DNA of 64,000 bases from Nemertoderma westbladi (taxonomy: Eukaryota > Animalia > Xenacoelomorpha): positions 62,001 through 126,000 of the forward strand of contig JAUCBJ010007522.1 in NCBI GenBank assembly GCA_032718475.1. Direction: 5' to 3'. Positions 10,701-24,013 of the stretch are shown in pieces (the first letter of the stretch is position 1; every line of letters begins with the position of its first letter). Under the pieces are notes generated by a model. It was not told the DNA's origin, did no database searches, and saw only the letters and a program-made list of their open reading frames with translations. Both the position numbers and the translations under genes were made by a program.

Positions 10701-13700
10701 GGAGGACACATGGCCCAGATTACTCGAAACTTCGGAGAAGGTTTTTGCGTTTTACGCAAGTTAATCGCCCCGATGTCGAGATACGAGTTCTACACCTTAC
10801 AGGTAAGGATAGAAAGTAGGGTACATGCCTCCGTAGATAAACTGAAAGGTTTACACGAACTTGCAGAGTTGCGTGGCGACAACTTTACTCAGGTAAAGAT
10901 AATAGATAAGTTGGTAAGTGCGAGAGAAAGCCTTATCCAGTTTAAGTCAGTTATAAGACTGGCTCAACAGGAGCAGCTCGACCAACTACTAGGTGAGTCA
11001 GTTTCGGACGTGTTGTTACAACCCGAAGAGGAAGAAGAACTATACTGCCTGGACGGGAGGTTAGAGACGCTCACCAATTTTCTTCGTAGATGCGGCATAC
11101 CGATCGAAGAACCGGAAGTTGTACCGAGAGGGACGACGGAAGTTCTATCTACGGAAGGCTCGCGAGCCTACCAAATTCCACCAATGGATAGATCGTTCGT
11201 TAGTGTATGGAGCGACGTTGGCAACGTTAGTAGGACAGCATCTGTAATTACTCGACAACAGCAGGAGGCCGCACGCCGACAACAAGTCGCTGAGGAAGAA
11301 ACGCAACGACAATTGGCGCAGATTGCGATGGAAGGAGAAAGACAGCGTAGAGACGATGTAGCGAACTTTGCGAAACTCCAGGCTCAAGCCGAATTTGAAG
11401 CTTCAGAAATGCGGAGAATGGAGGAGGACTTAGCGCGAGAAGCAGCGGCAGCAGCTGGCGAGTTAGCACGACAGGCGGCAGCTGACGTGTTAGCACGACA
11501 GGCAGCAGCTGACGAGTTACCACGATAGGCGGCAGCTGACGTGTTAGCACAACAGGCAGCAGCCGACGAGTTAGCACGGAAGAAAGCAGCATCCGACGCT
11601 CGTGCCAAGTTGGAGGCGCGACAAATAAACGCTCGTTTAGCTATACAGGAAGCGGAGTTAGCAGCACAACAACAGGAAGCAGATTGAGAGATGCAGCTCC
11701 AGTTCGAACAAAATCGCAGATCGCGCAAGGCGGCAAACGCGCAAGAGGACCTCGAACTCGACGCGAGAGATAGATCTATAAGGTCTCGAGCTGGACACGA
11801 CTTGTCTGCCCTGGATTGCATGGAGATCGATCCCGCGGAATTCAGAAGCGAATCGAGGAAGGAAGTTTGGGAGCGATAGATCGAGGAGAGGAGTTCGTCG
11901 AGGATTACTGTCAACGTTTTCCCCAAGTTATTCCTATGCTCAAACCCACGACTCCAGTAAAACCGGTTATGGTTGCAAAACCGAAGGAAATATCACCCGT
12001 GCAAGGTAATAGGTTTGTTATGTCGGACCCGAGCGACTTCATCGCCGATTCTCCCAGGTAAGATAAGTAGTCCACCTACTATAAGCCGTAGTTTACTGTA
12101 GAGAGAGACGAACCTGCGTTTATGACGGTAAAACAGGTGAGTAAACCATTACAAGTTAAACCTGTGACGTGCTGCGCGAACCCAGTCATTTAAAAACCTA
12201 CAGTAGACCTTAACTCTGATGTTTTTACTAGACTCCTTACGCAATGTTTATCGAGACCTACGACTTCGTGGAAGGCTTGCGAGCCTACCGAACAACGGAG
12301 GAGGACGGATGTGTGTAGTACCCACAGGATCGAACCGAGTTCAACGAGACCTACGACTAGGTGGAAGGCTTGCGAGCCTGCCGAACAACGGAGAGCCGTA
12401 GATCCCAGACCACAACAAACTCGACCAAGAGTAATACACCGGACGCGAACCCGCCAACCACCTTATCCGGACGATAGCGACTCATCTAGCGACTCGGAGT
12501 CGACGGAACGGGAAATATTCCGTACTGGAGCAGCGGCTGATTACAAACGGGAGGAGAGATCAACGAACCCATACATCTACAATCCACCACAAGAAACACC
12601 CCAACAGAAATCTACGTTGCAACCATTGGAAGCGATCAGCACCAACCGACTCGCCGAAATAATACGACCTGTAACGGACCGACTAGCTCAGATAGAAGAG
12701 CGACTCGAAGCGCAACCGTCGGATCGATCATGAACCAGCGTGGAGTTAGAACAACCTAGACAACATCGACCACCAAGGCTAGAACAGGAGACTAGACAGA
12801 CTTTGAACCATCGAGAAGAAGATCCCATTAATATTTCCTACCGACGGACAAAGCGCGGAAGGGAACGACTGGACAACGCAACCGAACAGGGATGCGGACA
12901 GCTAGATTTGGTTAATGAGATTGCGAAATTCGCGGCTAGACACGGATTACCGGCACAACAACCGCCGAAGTTCTCTGGCAACACGAAACACTGGCGTACA
13001 CTGGTAGACTACGTAGAGTCCCAGATCGCTAAGTGTGCTTTCACCTCGACGGAGAAGTTTAATTACTTGCTCCTAGTCCTGTCTGGTGAGCCGAAACAAT
13101 TAGCAGAAACCTTTATTGGTGTTCCAGGTGCTTTCGAGTTGGCGTACGACTGTTTGTATTCGATTTACGGCGGTAATGTCGCCATGGCAAAATCCATTAT
13201 CGAAGACCTCTGCAGAGGAGGCAGCATTTCGAAACCGATCGACCTTCTACGACTCGCGGACGGAATCAAGAACGCTATAGGGACTTTACGGTCCATTGGA
13301 CAACTCGAGTACGCTAATGCACCAACGGTTCTCATCAGGATAATCAGTCGACTTCATCATCGACTACGACGAGAATGGCGACGCATCGAGTACCAGCGTG
13401 AAGAAGCCGGCGGGCTATTAAAACTCACCGACATCTACCAACTGATTTCACGGGAGGCCGTGATCGAGACTCGATCAATTACACTGATCACCATATCGCG
13501 GCAGAAGGGATAGCTATTTCTGCGCCGACTCGGACAAAACCATTTCCGACGAACGCGAAAGCCGTTACCTACACCACCCCTACTGAGTCTTCTAAAATTC
13601 TGACGCCTATCGGCACCACGCAGCCACGACAACAGTTGCTGGCGGACTTTGTGGGATGCTCATACTGCGAGCGGAACAGCAGAAACCAAAGCGGACATAA

Positions 13701-14872
13701 ACTACGTGGATATCGCGCTTATAAGGAGTTAGGAATCGAAGAGAGAAGACTTCAAATTCGATCTTTGGATTCTTGCTGGAGATGTACGAAGCCAGGACAC
13801 GTCCGGAAGGATTGCCCGAGCGACGATACATGTCCTCTGTGTGGACGTAACCATGACGCGTTACTTCACACTACCAGTCATACTCCGACCAGACGCTTTC
13901 GACGAGAGCATCCAGATAAAGCGGCTAGATGCGACGCGCTTTATAAGGAGCGTGCGCCGCGCGAGATCCGTACGTTTTATACGGACTGTATGGATCAATC
14001 ATGATCATCGGACGAGGACGAGGAGGAAGACGACACTTTCTACGTGCATGCAGGTGAGGAACAGCCATCGGTAACACTCCTCACACAGAACCAATTGAAA
14101 GGGTTTAGCGTGATTCCTATAAAGATTACCGGAACCCGAGGGTGCAAGCGTATATACGCTATCTTAGACTCTGCGTCATCGCATAGTTATGTCGATGAAC
14201 AAGTAGCCGATGTGGTTACGGACATGAGTCAAGGTAAGACAGCCCAGTATACTGTAAGCAGCATGCATGGTAAGAGAGCGATCCCTGTGACGAGAGTAAA
14301 ACTAACCTTAGACACTCTTCTTTCCAAAGCGGAACACAGCAAGGAGGAGCGCTCATTACTTCCGGTAAGAAATTTGACCTTTGCAGCTACAAAGGACTTT
14401 AGTAACTTGCTCGGCCCTGTGCCAGAGCAATCACCGGAAGATCGTAAGTATTTCTGACACCTTGGAATACTGGAATGTCCTGTTAACTATCGCTCAATCG
14501 CGATGTTGATTGGGACAGACCAGTTTAACTTACATCAGGTATGGGAGACACGCCCATCTGTTATTATAGCGGGCAACCCCTACGCATGTAGAACTCTCAT
14601 AGGTTGGTATGCTAGTGCACCAATACGTTCACTAGAGGTAAGTGACCAGGAGGACGACGTTTTGAGTACATGTAGTTTACTGACTAACACGATAGATAAT
14701 TCTCCTTCACACTCCTGTGGTCCAATTGTACAGACTGCACTACGACAGACTTGCGTCGCTAACGCAGACGCCACCGATACTGACGTAACTGATCTGGACA
14801 CGACCACACGGACCTCTGACTTACAACTACTTGCAGTAAACCAGGTTGTATTGACTACTGAAGACCAAAGGG

Positions 14873-15123
14873 ACTCTCGCAGGACATTGGACCCCGGGAC
14901 GGCTTAGATGTTAGAGGTCTGGCGGGTTTGTTGGGTACTGGCAGTGGCAGAGTGGCAGACTGGTGATGGGTACTGAACCAATTTGTATTGTTTGTATTGT
15001 TGCTAGGTAACAGTTTGAATCAGCTGATGGTGGGTTATATTTGTACTTGTTTTGGTGCATTTTTATATTCGAATTATTGTTTGTTAATATTATAATATAT
15101 GGAGGCTTTTGAGTAAAAAAAAA
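14873..15123 (+). mobile_element. Short poly(A)-tailed retroposed insert (5'-truncated non-LTR element) in BEL-1 pol
   Basis: 16-bp TSD ACTGAAGACCAAAGGG at 14857-14872 and 15124-15139; A-tail at 15115-15124. Confidence 0.8.
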
Positions 15124-17339
15124 ACTGAAGACCAAAGGGTTGTTGCTGTGGATGATTCGATGAACGAGGGTTTTGGAAGGCTTGCGAGCCTACCGAAAAA
15201 TCCGAAGGTCATTGACCCCACCCACCAGGTTTCGACACCGGTCGTTGATCTAGGAAGGCTTGCGAGCCTACCGACAGATCAAAAGGTTGTCAAACCGCCG
15301 CACGATGATTCGACGCCGACTAGTGACACCGGAAGGCTTGCGAGCCTACCAGACACATTGACACTAGCCACCGCAGCGGACGAAGACGTGGACGAGGACC
15401 ATGGCGCAGTGCAAGCAGTGCTTGACCGACTGCTGACTGAATGGACCATTCAATGGTTGGAACAGGACTCAGCAGAACCCGGTAGTTATGAGACCGCTAT
15501 GTCAGAACAGGAAAAACGGTCATTAAATATTATGAGAGATACCATTCGCCAGACCGCGAATGGCCACTACGAGGTTGGCATGTTGTGGCGCAATGGACAA
15601 CCTAAGCTCGTTAACAATTACCCGCTTGCTTTGAGGCGACTCAAATCAATAAGGCAGCGATTGTTGCGAGATGAGACGGCCCATATGCAATACAATGCGC
15701 AACTTCAGACGTATCTCCAAAAGGGATACGCCATTAGGATGTTAAATCCCGAGGTGACTACAGATCAAACATATTACCTGCCACATCATTTTGTTTGACA
15801 CCTGGACAAACCTGGCAAGGTGCGTGTAGTCAACGACTGCGCCGCACTTTACCAAGGAATGTCTATGAACAGCGAACTGATGGACGGGCCGAATATGAAT
15901 AATTACCTCATGGGAGTCCTAATGCATTTTAGACAAAGCAAAGTGGCTTTCACCTGTGACGTAGAGGCCATGTTTCACCAGGTTAAGGCTTTGGAGTGGG
16001 ACAGGGACAGCTTGAGGTTTCTTTGGTATCCGGACGGAAACTTAGAACTTCCACCAGAAACATACCAAATGCAGGTAAGAGTTTTCGGAGCCAGGGACAG
16101 CCCCAACTGCACCATGTACTCCTTAAAGCAGACCGCATTGGACAGACGAGACCAATTTGACCCAGAAGTAGTTCGGACAGTGGAACGAGATTTCTACATG
16201 GATGACGGCCTCAAGAGTTGTGACACTTTGGAGCGCGCTACGACTGTAGCACACCAACTCCAGGATTGTCTCGCTGAGGGCGGATTCCACCTTACGAAGT
16301 TCGCTTCCAATGAACCCGAACTGGTGAACTCATTTGACCCGACGGATCGCAGTGGAGGTGACTTGGACTTAGACCTAGAACCTCTACCGACGACCAAAGT
16401 ATTAGGACTTAGTTGGGACCCTAACACCGACAATTTTAGGGTACGTGTAAGGTCCAACGACCAGACTAGACCTCTCACTAAGAGGACTTGCTTATCGACC
16501 ATGAGTCGATTGTACCACCCATTGTGTTTCATTAGTCCAGTGATCCTACATGCTAGGATCATACTCCGCAGCATTTGGCAAGCCGGACTGGAATGGGACG
16601 ATCCCATCCCAGAAAAGTTAGCTGAGCAATGGAGGGACTGGGAAGCCCAACTGACGTTCCTACAAGACTAAACTATACCAAGGGTATACTTTCCTTTGCA
16701 GACCACCTTTCCTGCCGATTTAGAGCTTCACAGCTTTAGTGACGCTAGCAAGGATGGATTGGGGGTTACTTTATACCTTAGACGACAAGTGACATTGGAC
16801 AGCTACGAAGTGTCTCTCGTTACTTCAAGGGCTAGAACAATGCCATTGAAGTATATGACTGTACCTCGTGGAGAGCTGCAAGCCGGGACGATATCCACCG
16901 ATATTGTCAGTCTAGTTCAACGCGAGCTGGAGGCTAACTTGAAGGTCACATATAGGACGGATGCGACGTTGGTACTTTGGTACATAAACAACGAAGCGTT
17001 TGAGTTCAAGACTTTCGTAGCCAACAGACAGGCTGAAATATTAGACCGGTCGCTCAAACAAGATTGGCGTCACTGTCCAGGGAAGCTGAACCCAGGTGAC
17101 ATCGCGTCACGGGGGATGAAACCGCTTGACTTTTGTAAACCAGACAATAAATCCTTTTGGTTTAGAGGACCCAATTTCCTACAGCGACCATCAGACGAAT
17201 GGCCACCGTTATTCGATGCGACAACCAATACCATACCAGAGGGTGCCGAGATAAAAATCGACAAGGTTGTCAAATCTAAAGCGAAAGCCAACGCCAAGGT
17301 CAAGAGGAAACAAGGACGGACGAAATCTGATGACCTGGA

Positions 17340-17735
17340 CACTAGACCTGACATTACGCCAGACATCTCACCAGAATCTCGACCAGACACTTGTACAAAT
17401 CTTTCACCGTATGTTCCGCGGGAGATTTCACCAGACGTTTCGCCAGATTGTTCTCCAGATTACTCGCCAGATTATTCACCAGATTGTTCTCCGGATTGTT
17501 CACCAGATTGTTTTATGGAACTCTCGACAGATTGTCTACCGGACGTCTCACCAGACTTTCCACCAGACATCTCGACAGACTGTCCACCAGACTTTAGACC
17601 AGACTTTCTGACAGAAACTACGCTTGACTCTCTTTGGGACCGACGACAGGACATTTCGCCGGATTTTCCGCGCTATGTCTCACCAGACGTCTCACCAGAC
17701 TGTTCACCGGACGTTTCACCAGACTGTCTACTAGA
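17340..17735 (+). repeat. Degenerate in-frame 12-bp tandem repeat (SPDC/SPDV) between RNase H and integrase of BEL-1
   Basis: Repeated TCACCAGAC/TCGCCAGAT + 3-nt units. Confidence 0.8.
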
Positions 17736-19567
17736 CACTCCAGTAGAAGACCCATTGGAGCGGACTTTTAGAGACTTACCAAATTTGACTTCTTTGGACG
17801 ACAGAGGTGTGGCCACAGCTATCACACTCCGCTCAAAGAAAGTACTTGACTTACCACCTACAGGTAAACGTGTAACTAAGGTTAGGAAGCTTACAGGCTC
17901 ACAGGAACACACTAACACTGTAGAGTTGAAACCGTTACTGCCAGTCGACTCACTAGAAGCGGAAAGTTAAGACCGTAAAGATTGACATACTTGGGGACTC
18001 AGACAAACCTACCGGAAGGCCCGTGGGCCTACCAAGTCCAGACAAGTATCCACACTATAACTATACCTTACCTGATGACGTCACTAACACTTACGTTGAC
18101 CGGATAGTAAACCTAACTAGATCATGGACTGACGCGTGCCGCAAGTTAGCATGGCTCAAACGTTTGAGACAATATGCCAGAGGCAAACGCGACTTTCCTA
18201 GAAGACTTACCTTAAAGGAAGTTGGTCATTGTGAAGTTGATATCATTCGCCATTATCAATTGCGATATTTCGCACGAGAATTCACAGCGATCAACCAAGG
18301 TAAACAGATCAAGTCTTCACCAATTTTGAGTTGGAGTCCGATTATTTATCGGGGCTTACTTTGTCACAAGTCCAGACTCCAAAACATCGACTTTGCACTT
18401 GACTTTAGGTATCCTATCACCATACCGCAACACCACGAGTTACAGCGCGCTATGATACTGGACGCACATGTACAACTCAAACACGTGGGTAGACATCACT
18501 GCCTATCACATTTACGATCGAGGTTTGTACTGATTAGGCCTAGCAAGGCACTGAGTTCGGTAACACGGAACTGTATGATTTGTAAGAAGGTGCACGCGCA
18601 GATAGGACACCAAGAAATGAGTGAACTACCACTTGCAAGATTACAGGCATTTAGACCCCCTTTCACTGAGACGGGGATAGACTGTTTTGGACCCATAATC
18701 GCGAAACGCGGAAGGGTACAAGTAAAACGTTGGGGATTAATTTTCACTTGCATGGCCAGCAGAGCTGTCCATATAGAGCGTGTGACAGATTTAACCACCA
18801 ATGCCTTTATCCTAGCCTTACGGCAATTTATCACTAGACGTGGATTGGTCAAATCCATTTATTGCGACCAAGGGACAAACTTTGTGGGTGCACGGAACGA
18901 AATAACCAGAGCTTTAAGGAAGTTGGACCAAAACCAGATTTCCGAGGAACTACGTCCTCACCGTATTGTTTTGAACTTTAACACTTCAGACAGTCTGTGG
19001 AGAGGCGGCATTTGGGAAAGGCTGATTAGGCTCAATTAAGACAGCTATGGCTAAAGTAATACCGACGCAACACATCTTGACAGACGACCAACTGACGACG
19101 TTACTAATAGAAATCGAAGCGATTTTGAACACTCGACCGATCGCTTTGATCCCAGACAATAACGACGCACAGTTTGCCTTGACACCAGCGCACCTGCTTA
19201 TGCAGGCGCCGACGACATTGTTGCCCATTTCGGTACCCGTTAATAGCGACAGATACGGCAACAAAGCTTGGAAAATCACTCAACTGCTTGCAAATAAATT
19301 CTGGGAAATATGGCAGAAGTATTATTTGCCCTCTATTTCAACCAGAACCTCTTGGTATCTTAATACCCAATGTTTGAGACGCGGAGACCACGTTTTATTG
19401 GCTGAAGCCAATCTGAAAAGACGGTTTTGGCTGACCGGAGTCATTTTGACCACGCACCCTACATCTGGTGTAGTAAGGACAGTTACTGTATGGACTATCG
19501 ACGGACGTACCGTAGACAGGCCTGTACAACGTCTCGTACTCCTTGAGGAGACTAGAAACGAGACAGG

Positions 19568-20717
19568 TCTTCGCGCTTTTAGACTTTTAGCAGTTTAACC
19601 TGCCAAATTTAGGTGTCTTCTAGGTTATAAATCGACTTTAGCCTATGACTAGTATTTGATACACATAAACACTACATTAGCCGAAGCCAGCCTATGCGCG
19701 ACCATTCACCCACTGGATTTACCCGGGAGACTGGATTCGGAAGCTCTGACCTTATTGCGGTGTAGGCCTACTGTACTATTCGATTGATCGTTAATATATA
19801 ATCTCTGACAAATATTATTCACTTTCGGGAAATACTAACAGTTCCTTTAGGACGTGGCGCTCTAAATATGTAAACAGAGTTATGACTTACACTAAACACA
19901 ACGGGATGGCTATTGATTTACGTATAAGGCGCATTCTTTAGGAAATGCTTGTTATCTGTCACACTCATGCACACTAACGCACAATGCTGCACACCGATCT
20001 GCCGACCTTCACAAATTTTAGTCATATATAAAGAGAACAGCAACCGACACATGTAGGGCCTATGAAATAGCATTCATTTCACTCCAAAACCACTATAATG
20101 TAAGTCGCAATTGCTATATGTAACCGGTCTCTCTAACCTTCAGTATATCAAGAAGATTGGGGTTGTTTTATGGTGATTTATCGATATTCTCCAAATATAA
20201 CAATATTCCATCAACTGATACAATTAATAACCGACAGTAAATAGCAGTAGAATAATGCGTCATGCATATGTATGCACTGATAACAGTTATACGTTTCTAT
20301 AATCAAAGCCGTTCTAATGTTTGGCTAAAGTCTGAAACACAGAATAATTCCATGGCCGGTGTTCTAGGCTTAGGAAAAATACACACTGACTGAATTGCGT
20401 GAGTTTCTGTATGCACTGTCCAACACAGAGGGAAAACCGCTCTGATGGTCGAGCCGAACAAAGAAAGCCAAAAGCTACACGTCGACATCTCAGCTGATAG
20501 ATGTCGTCATCTGAAATACACTGTATTAAGAGTATTTTTGGTGCATTGCGGCATAAAATTGCTAGTTATGTCCGCTAAAGTACACATACAGAAGAAATGG
20601 CTTTTTATGTCCACTAAAACACCTGTACAGTAAGGAAACGGCTTTTTATGTCCACTAAAACACCTACAGAGTACTTTGCGGGGAAAATAACCAGCTAATT
20701 CCGCAAAAGCCTTTACA
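19568..20717 (-). repeat. 3' LTR of BEL-2
   Basis: Direct repeat of 30598-31742, with about a dozen differences counted by eye. Confidence 0.95.
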
Positions 20718-20795
20718 CTGCTCCCAGAAAATGGGATTTAATTCTATAAAATATAAAAAATCACAGTTTCTAAAATATAAAAATACTCTAAACAG

Positions 20796-22311
20796 TTAGT
20801 CTTTCTTGCGAGGACGGCGTTTACGCAGTTTTTTGAGGCTAGCAAGAGTCCTTTTCTCTTTGGGGCGAGCCACTTTACTAGGAGGGCCATAACTCCTGGG
20901 TGAAGGATGCAATACAATTGCATCGGAAGGTTTAGGATTACGGTCGGTGTATCCGCCGGTTGAGGTACCCGGTTGATCGACCTCAGTGGAATGAGGTCGA
21001 ACAACCTGGAGAGCGCATTTTAAGACAGCAGCTCTTATTGGTCCCTGACGGGTCGTTTGCACAAAAGCTGTAGGTGGACCGTATGTAGTAAGAAATTTCC
21101 TCGGTTTGATGATTCCTTTCAACTCGCGTTCTCGGGCTCTATCGTAATCGATATGCTTCTCCTCGAGCTGATTTTCCTCCGCTTGTCATTGAAAGCATTC
21201 GTCCAACGATATCTTCTTAGAGATTCCGGATTTCCTGATTGAACTGAGATAAAGCTAATTCGTTTACCGCTTGGACTTGCTGCTGCAATTTACATTTCTC
21301 TAAACAATTATAGGTTCCTTTTCCGATATTTTGACGAATAGTGTCCAATGCGTTTCGTACAACTCTCTCCTCCGCCTCGGTGACAGGTTGTATCGGGTTA
21401 AACCGGGACGATGATACGGTTGAATGGTGATATTAGATGTCCGTGTCTCAATCCGGCTAGGTAAGATGGGCGAATATCTAGGGAGCCCACAACCGGAGTG
21501 CCACCGACTAACCGTTTGGGTAACACTAGATCTTTGAACAGTGAGTACAGTTCGGGAGGATCCGTGATACTATTAGGATCAAGAGTCTGAGGTCTAACTA
21601 GGGAATGAGGAGGTCTGACCGAGTATTCCGGAACTCTGATCATAGGTTTATTTAAGGATCGTTTGAATCGAACGAGCGTAGGTGATACATTGAACAAGTT
21701 TCGCTCGAAACTCCCGTAAATATAGCGAGTAAAACCGTGTTTAAAGCAACGTCTCCGAGGATGTTTATGTCTTTCCATTTGTTGGTTGGGTCTTGGGCAT
21801 TCATCGCAATAATACCAAAGACGCACGTCTTGTAGGGGAAACGCGGGTGATATTTATTCGGTTTTACAATGTTTCTCTCAAAAATTCCAAATATACATTG
21901 GAGTTACCGCGTCTATCCGGTTCTTTAACGTCTTTTTTTTTCAAGTCGATTTCGAATAGAATTTTCGCATTCGATTCTCAATTTATCGTTCCGACTCCGC
22001 TGGGTATGATATTTAAATAGGACCATTTCCCTTTCGGTGTCGACATCGTCCGTATCGTGTAAATCGATAGGATGGCCAGTAGTTAAGAAGTCCATATACG
22101 TACCATTACGATGCGTATAGCGAGCGATGAATTTTCTATAGTCCAATTCACGCGTAAGTTGCTCCTGGGACATCGGCGGTTCGATATAACGACCATCGTC
22201 CTCCGTAGTAGTTGGACTAGCGTCGCCGCGTATCAAGCTATCAACAAACGCTTGTAAAGGTAGAGTATATCGCTCCCTGATACCAAGATCATCTTCTATC
22301 AACTCAGTCAT
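20796..22311 (-). pseudogene. Accessory ORF3 of BEL-2 downstream of pol (unknown function, frameshifted)
   Basis: Consecutive ORF pieces 21925-22311, 21398-21826 and 20796-21122; homologous by eye to BEL-3 62219-63521 (LIEDD..RERY; CxxC...HP...C). Confidence 0.6.
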
Positions 22312-22347
22312 AGCTGCAATATGAGTTTATCAATATCATAATGAGTT

Positions 22348-22513
22348 TATAATTAGGCTAGCGGGCGTCGCTTCCTACCCCTCACGGCCCCCGGACAGTG
22401 CAAGATCCTCAGCGCCGATGTACCGTCGTCGCTGTGTTCTTCGCCAACGTGTAGCTACACAACGACAACGACAACCAGCACGAGTCACTCCACTGTCCGT
22501 CCCAAAGGCTTAG
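22348..22513 (-). ncRNA. Putative cis-acting structured RNA module (long rod plus small hairpin) upstream of BEL-2 ORF3
   Basis: Reverse complement of 55444-55615 (~90% identical). Folds into a 17-bp G-U-containing stem, outer stems and a terminal AGCG-ACGCC-CGCU hairpin. Confidence 0.6.
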
Positions 22514-24013
22514 ATTTACTTCAGGTTCTTACTGCAGAGTTAGGGTTACTTTCACAATTGCGACTCGCTACTGTAAACACACTTTAGTAGTAACATTCAC
22601 CTATAAACGCACAAATTCCACACAACTGTCACAAACCGCACACATTTGGGCCATTTGTCCGTTAGTCAAGTGCCTTCCAGAATGCCACGTTATTATTGGG
22701 TATCCTTGGATACTAGCAGTGTGCTATTTATTCCTTATGCTATTCAATGGGGCAAGCCTTTATTGTTCTTTTAACTCGCTTCTAATTCTAGCGTGGTTGT
22801 TGCTATGGTGACATTATGGAAAGCTAGCGGTAGAAATAGGGTAATTCCCATGCATACAGATCTGGGATGCTATTTAATAGTAATTCTTTAATTGTCAATA
22901 TCCCCTTTATACATGATTTTATGAATTTTATCGGCTATTGACTATATATTGGAGATTCTCTCACACTAATATACTTAATAGGGTGAATCTCCGCTCCCAT
23001 GATCTATTAATTAATGGAATTTTGGGAATGTTATAAATTGTATAAAAATGACAATTTATCAAATTCATTAAAAGATATGAATTTAAATTTATTCCCGTAA
23101 ATTTTATTATTTAATATTAAATAGACACAATTTTATTCCAGAGCATGTCTGGGGACTAGGATCGTGAATTCTAAGAAATTTGTCCTTTTAAGAGTATCGG
23201 TAAGTGCTACGATATCTTAATAGACTAGAATTTTAAAGGATCTAAAATTTCACAGATTTTAATTTATAGATTTTCTAGAGTTAACGTGTAAATAGTTACT
23301 CTATTGTATTTATTTGACAGATTTTACAAATATTAATAGTTAATATTTAAGATGGGCACCAGTTTGTTCCAGAACATGTCTGGGGACGTTAACCACTGAT
23401 TCTAGAATTTTGTCTTTCAAGTATATCGGTGGGTGCCGCGATATCTTAATCGACTAGAATTACAGATGGTCAAAGGGTTTAACAGATTTATTTTGCGTTT
23501 TAAGCTACTGTTAAAGGGACATCACGCTACTATATGTATTATTTAATATACGGTATGAGAGCAATATCGCACAAAGCAATGTCAGTGAGAAGAGGCAAGT
23601 CATTTCCAAGGTCTACCCAGAGCTTGGTTTAGCCGAGACACGAGGATCTGAATTTTGCATTCCTAATACTCTACTTACCCATAATACTTGAATATAGTAG
23701 GAGCTTTATTGTACTTTAATAAGTACGGACATTTCATCTTACTGTAGTCACATATTTATAATGTAATACGGACAGTAAGGAAAGAGAAAAAGAATTATTT
23801 CTCGCCGTCGCACTAAATATATAATATATAAGTAATTAAGTAATAAACACTAATATATATTGCACTAATTTACTAAATAATCACTAAAATAACATTCTAC
23901 TAAATAAAATTAAAGAAAACGATTATAATAAAATTACATAATAATACATACATAAATATAAAAATAATAAAAATATATGAAATAATATAGTCACACACCC
24001 ACTCCAAACGCTG

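Larger units (their letters stand above)
10428..19567 (+). pseudogene. BEL-1 gag-pol polyprotein, broken by stops and frameshifts
   Basis: PPKFSGN (gag); CWRCTKPGHVRKDC and CPLCGRNH knuckles; ILDSAS protease; YLPHH and FYMDD RT; SFSDAS RNase H; H..H..C..C zinc finger, GIDCFGP and CDQGTNF integrase; C-terminal RPVQRLVLL. Confidence 0.9.

Noticed and set aside
20796-22311. env gene
   Set aside because: No signal peptide or transmembrane anchor is visible in any piece.
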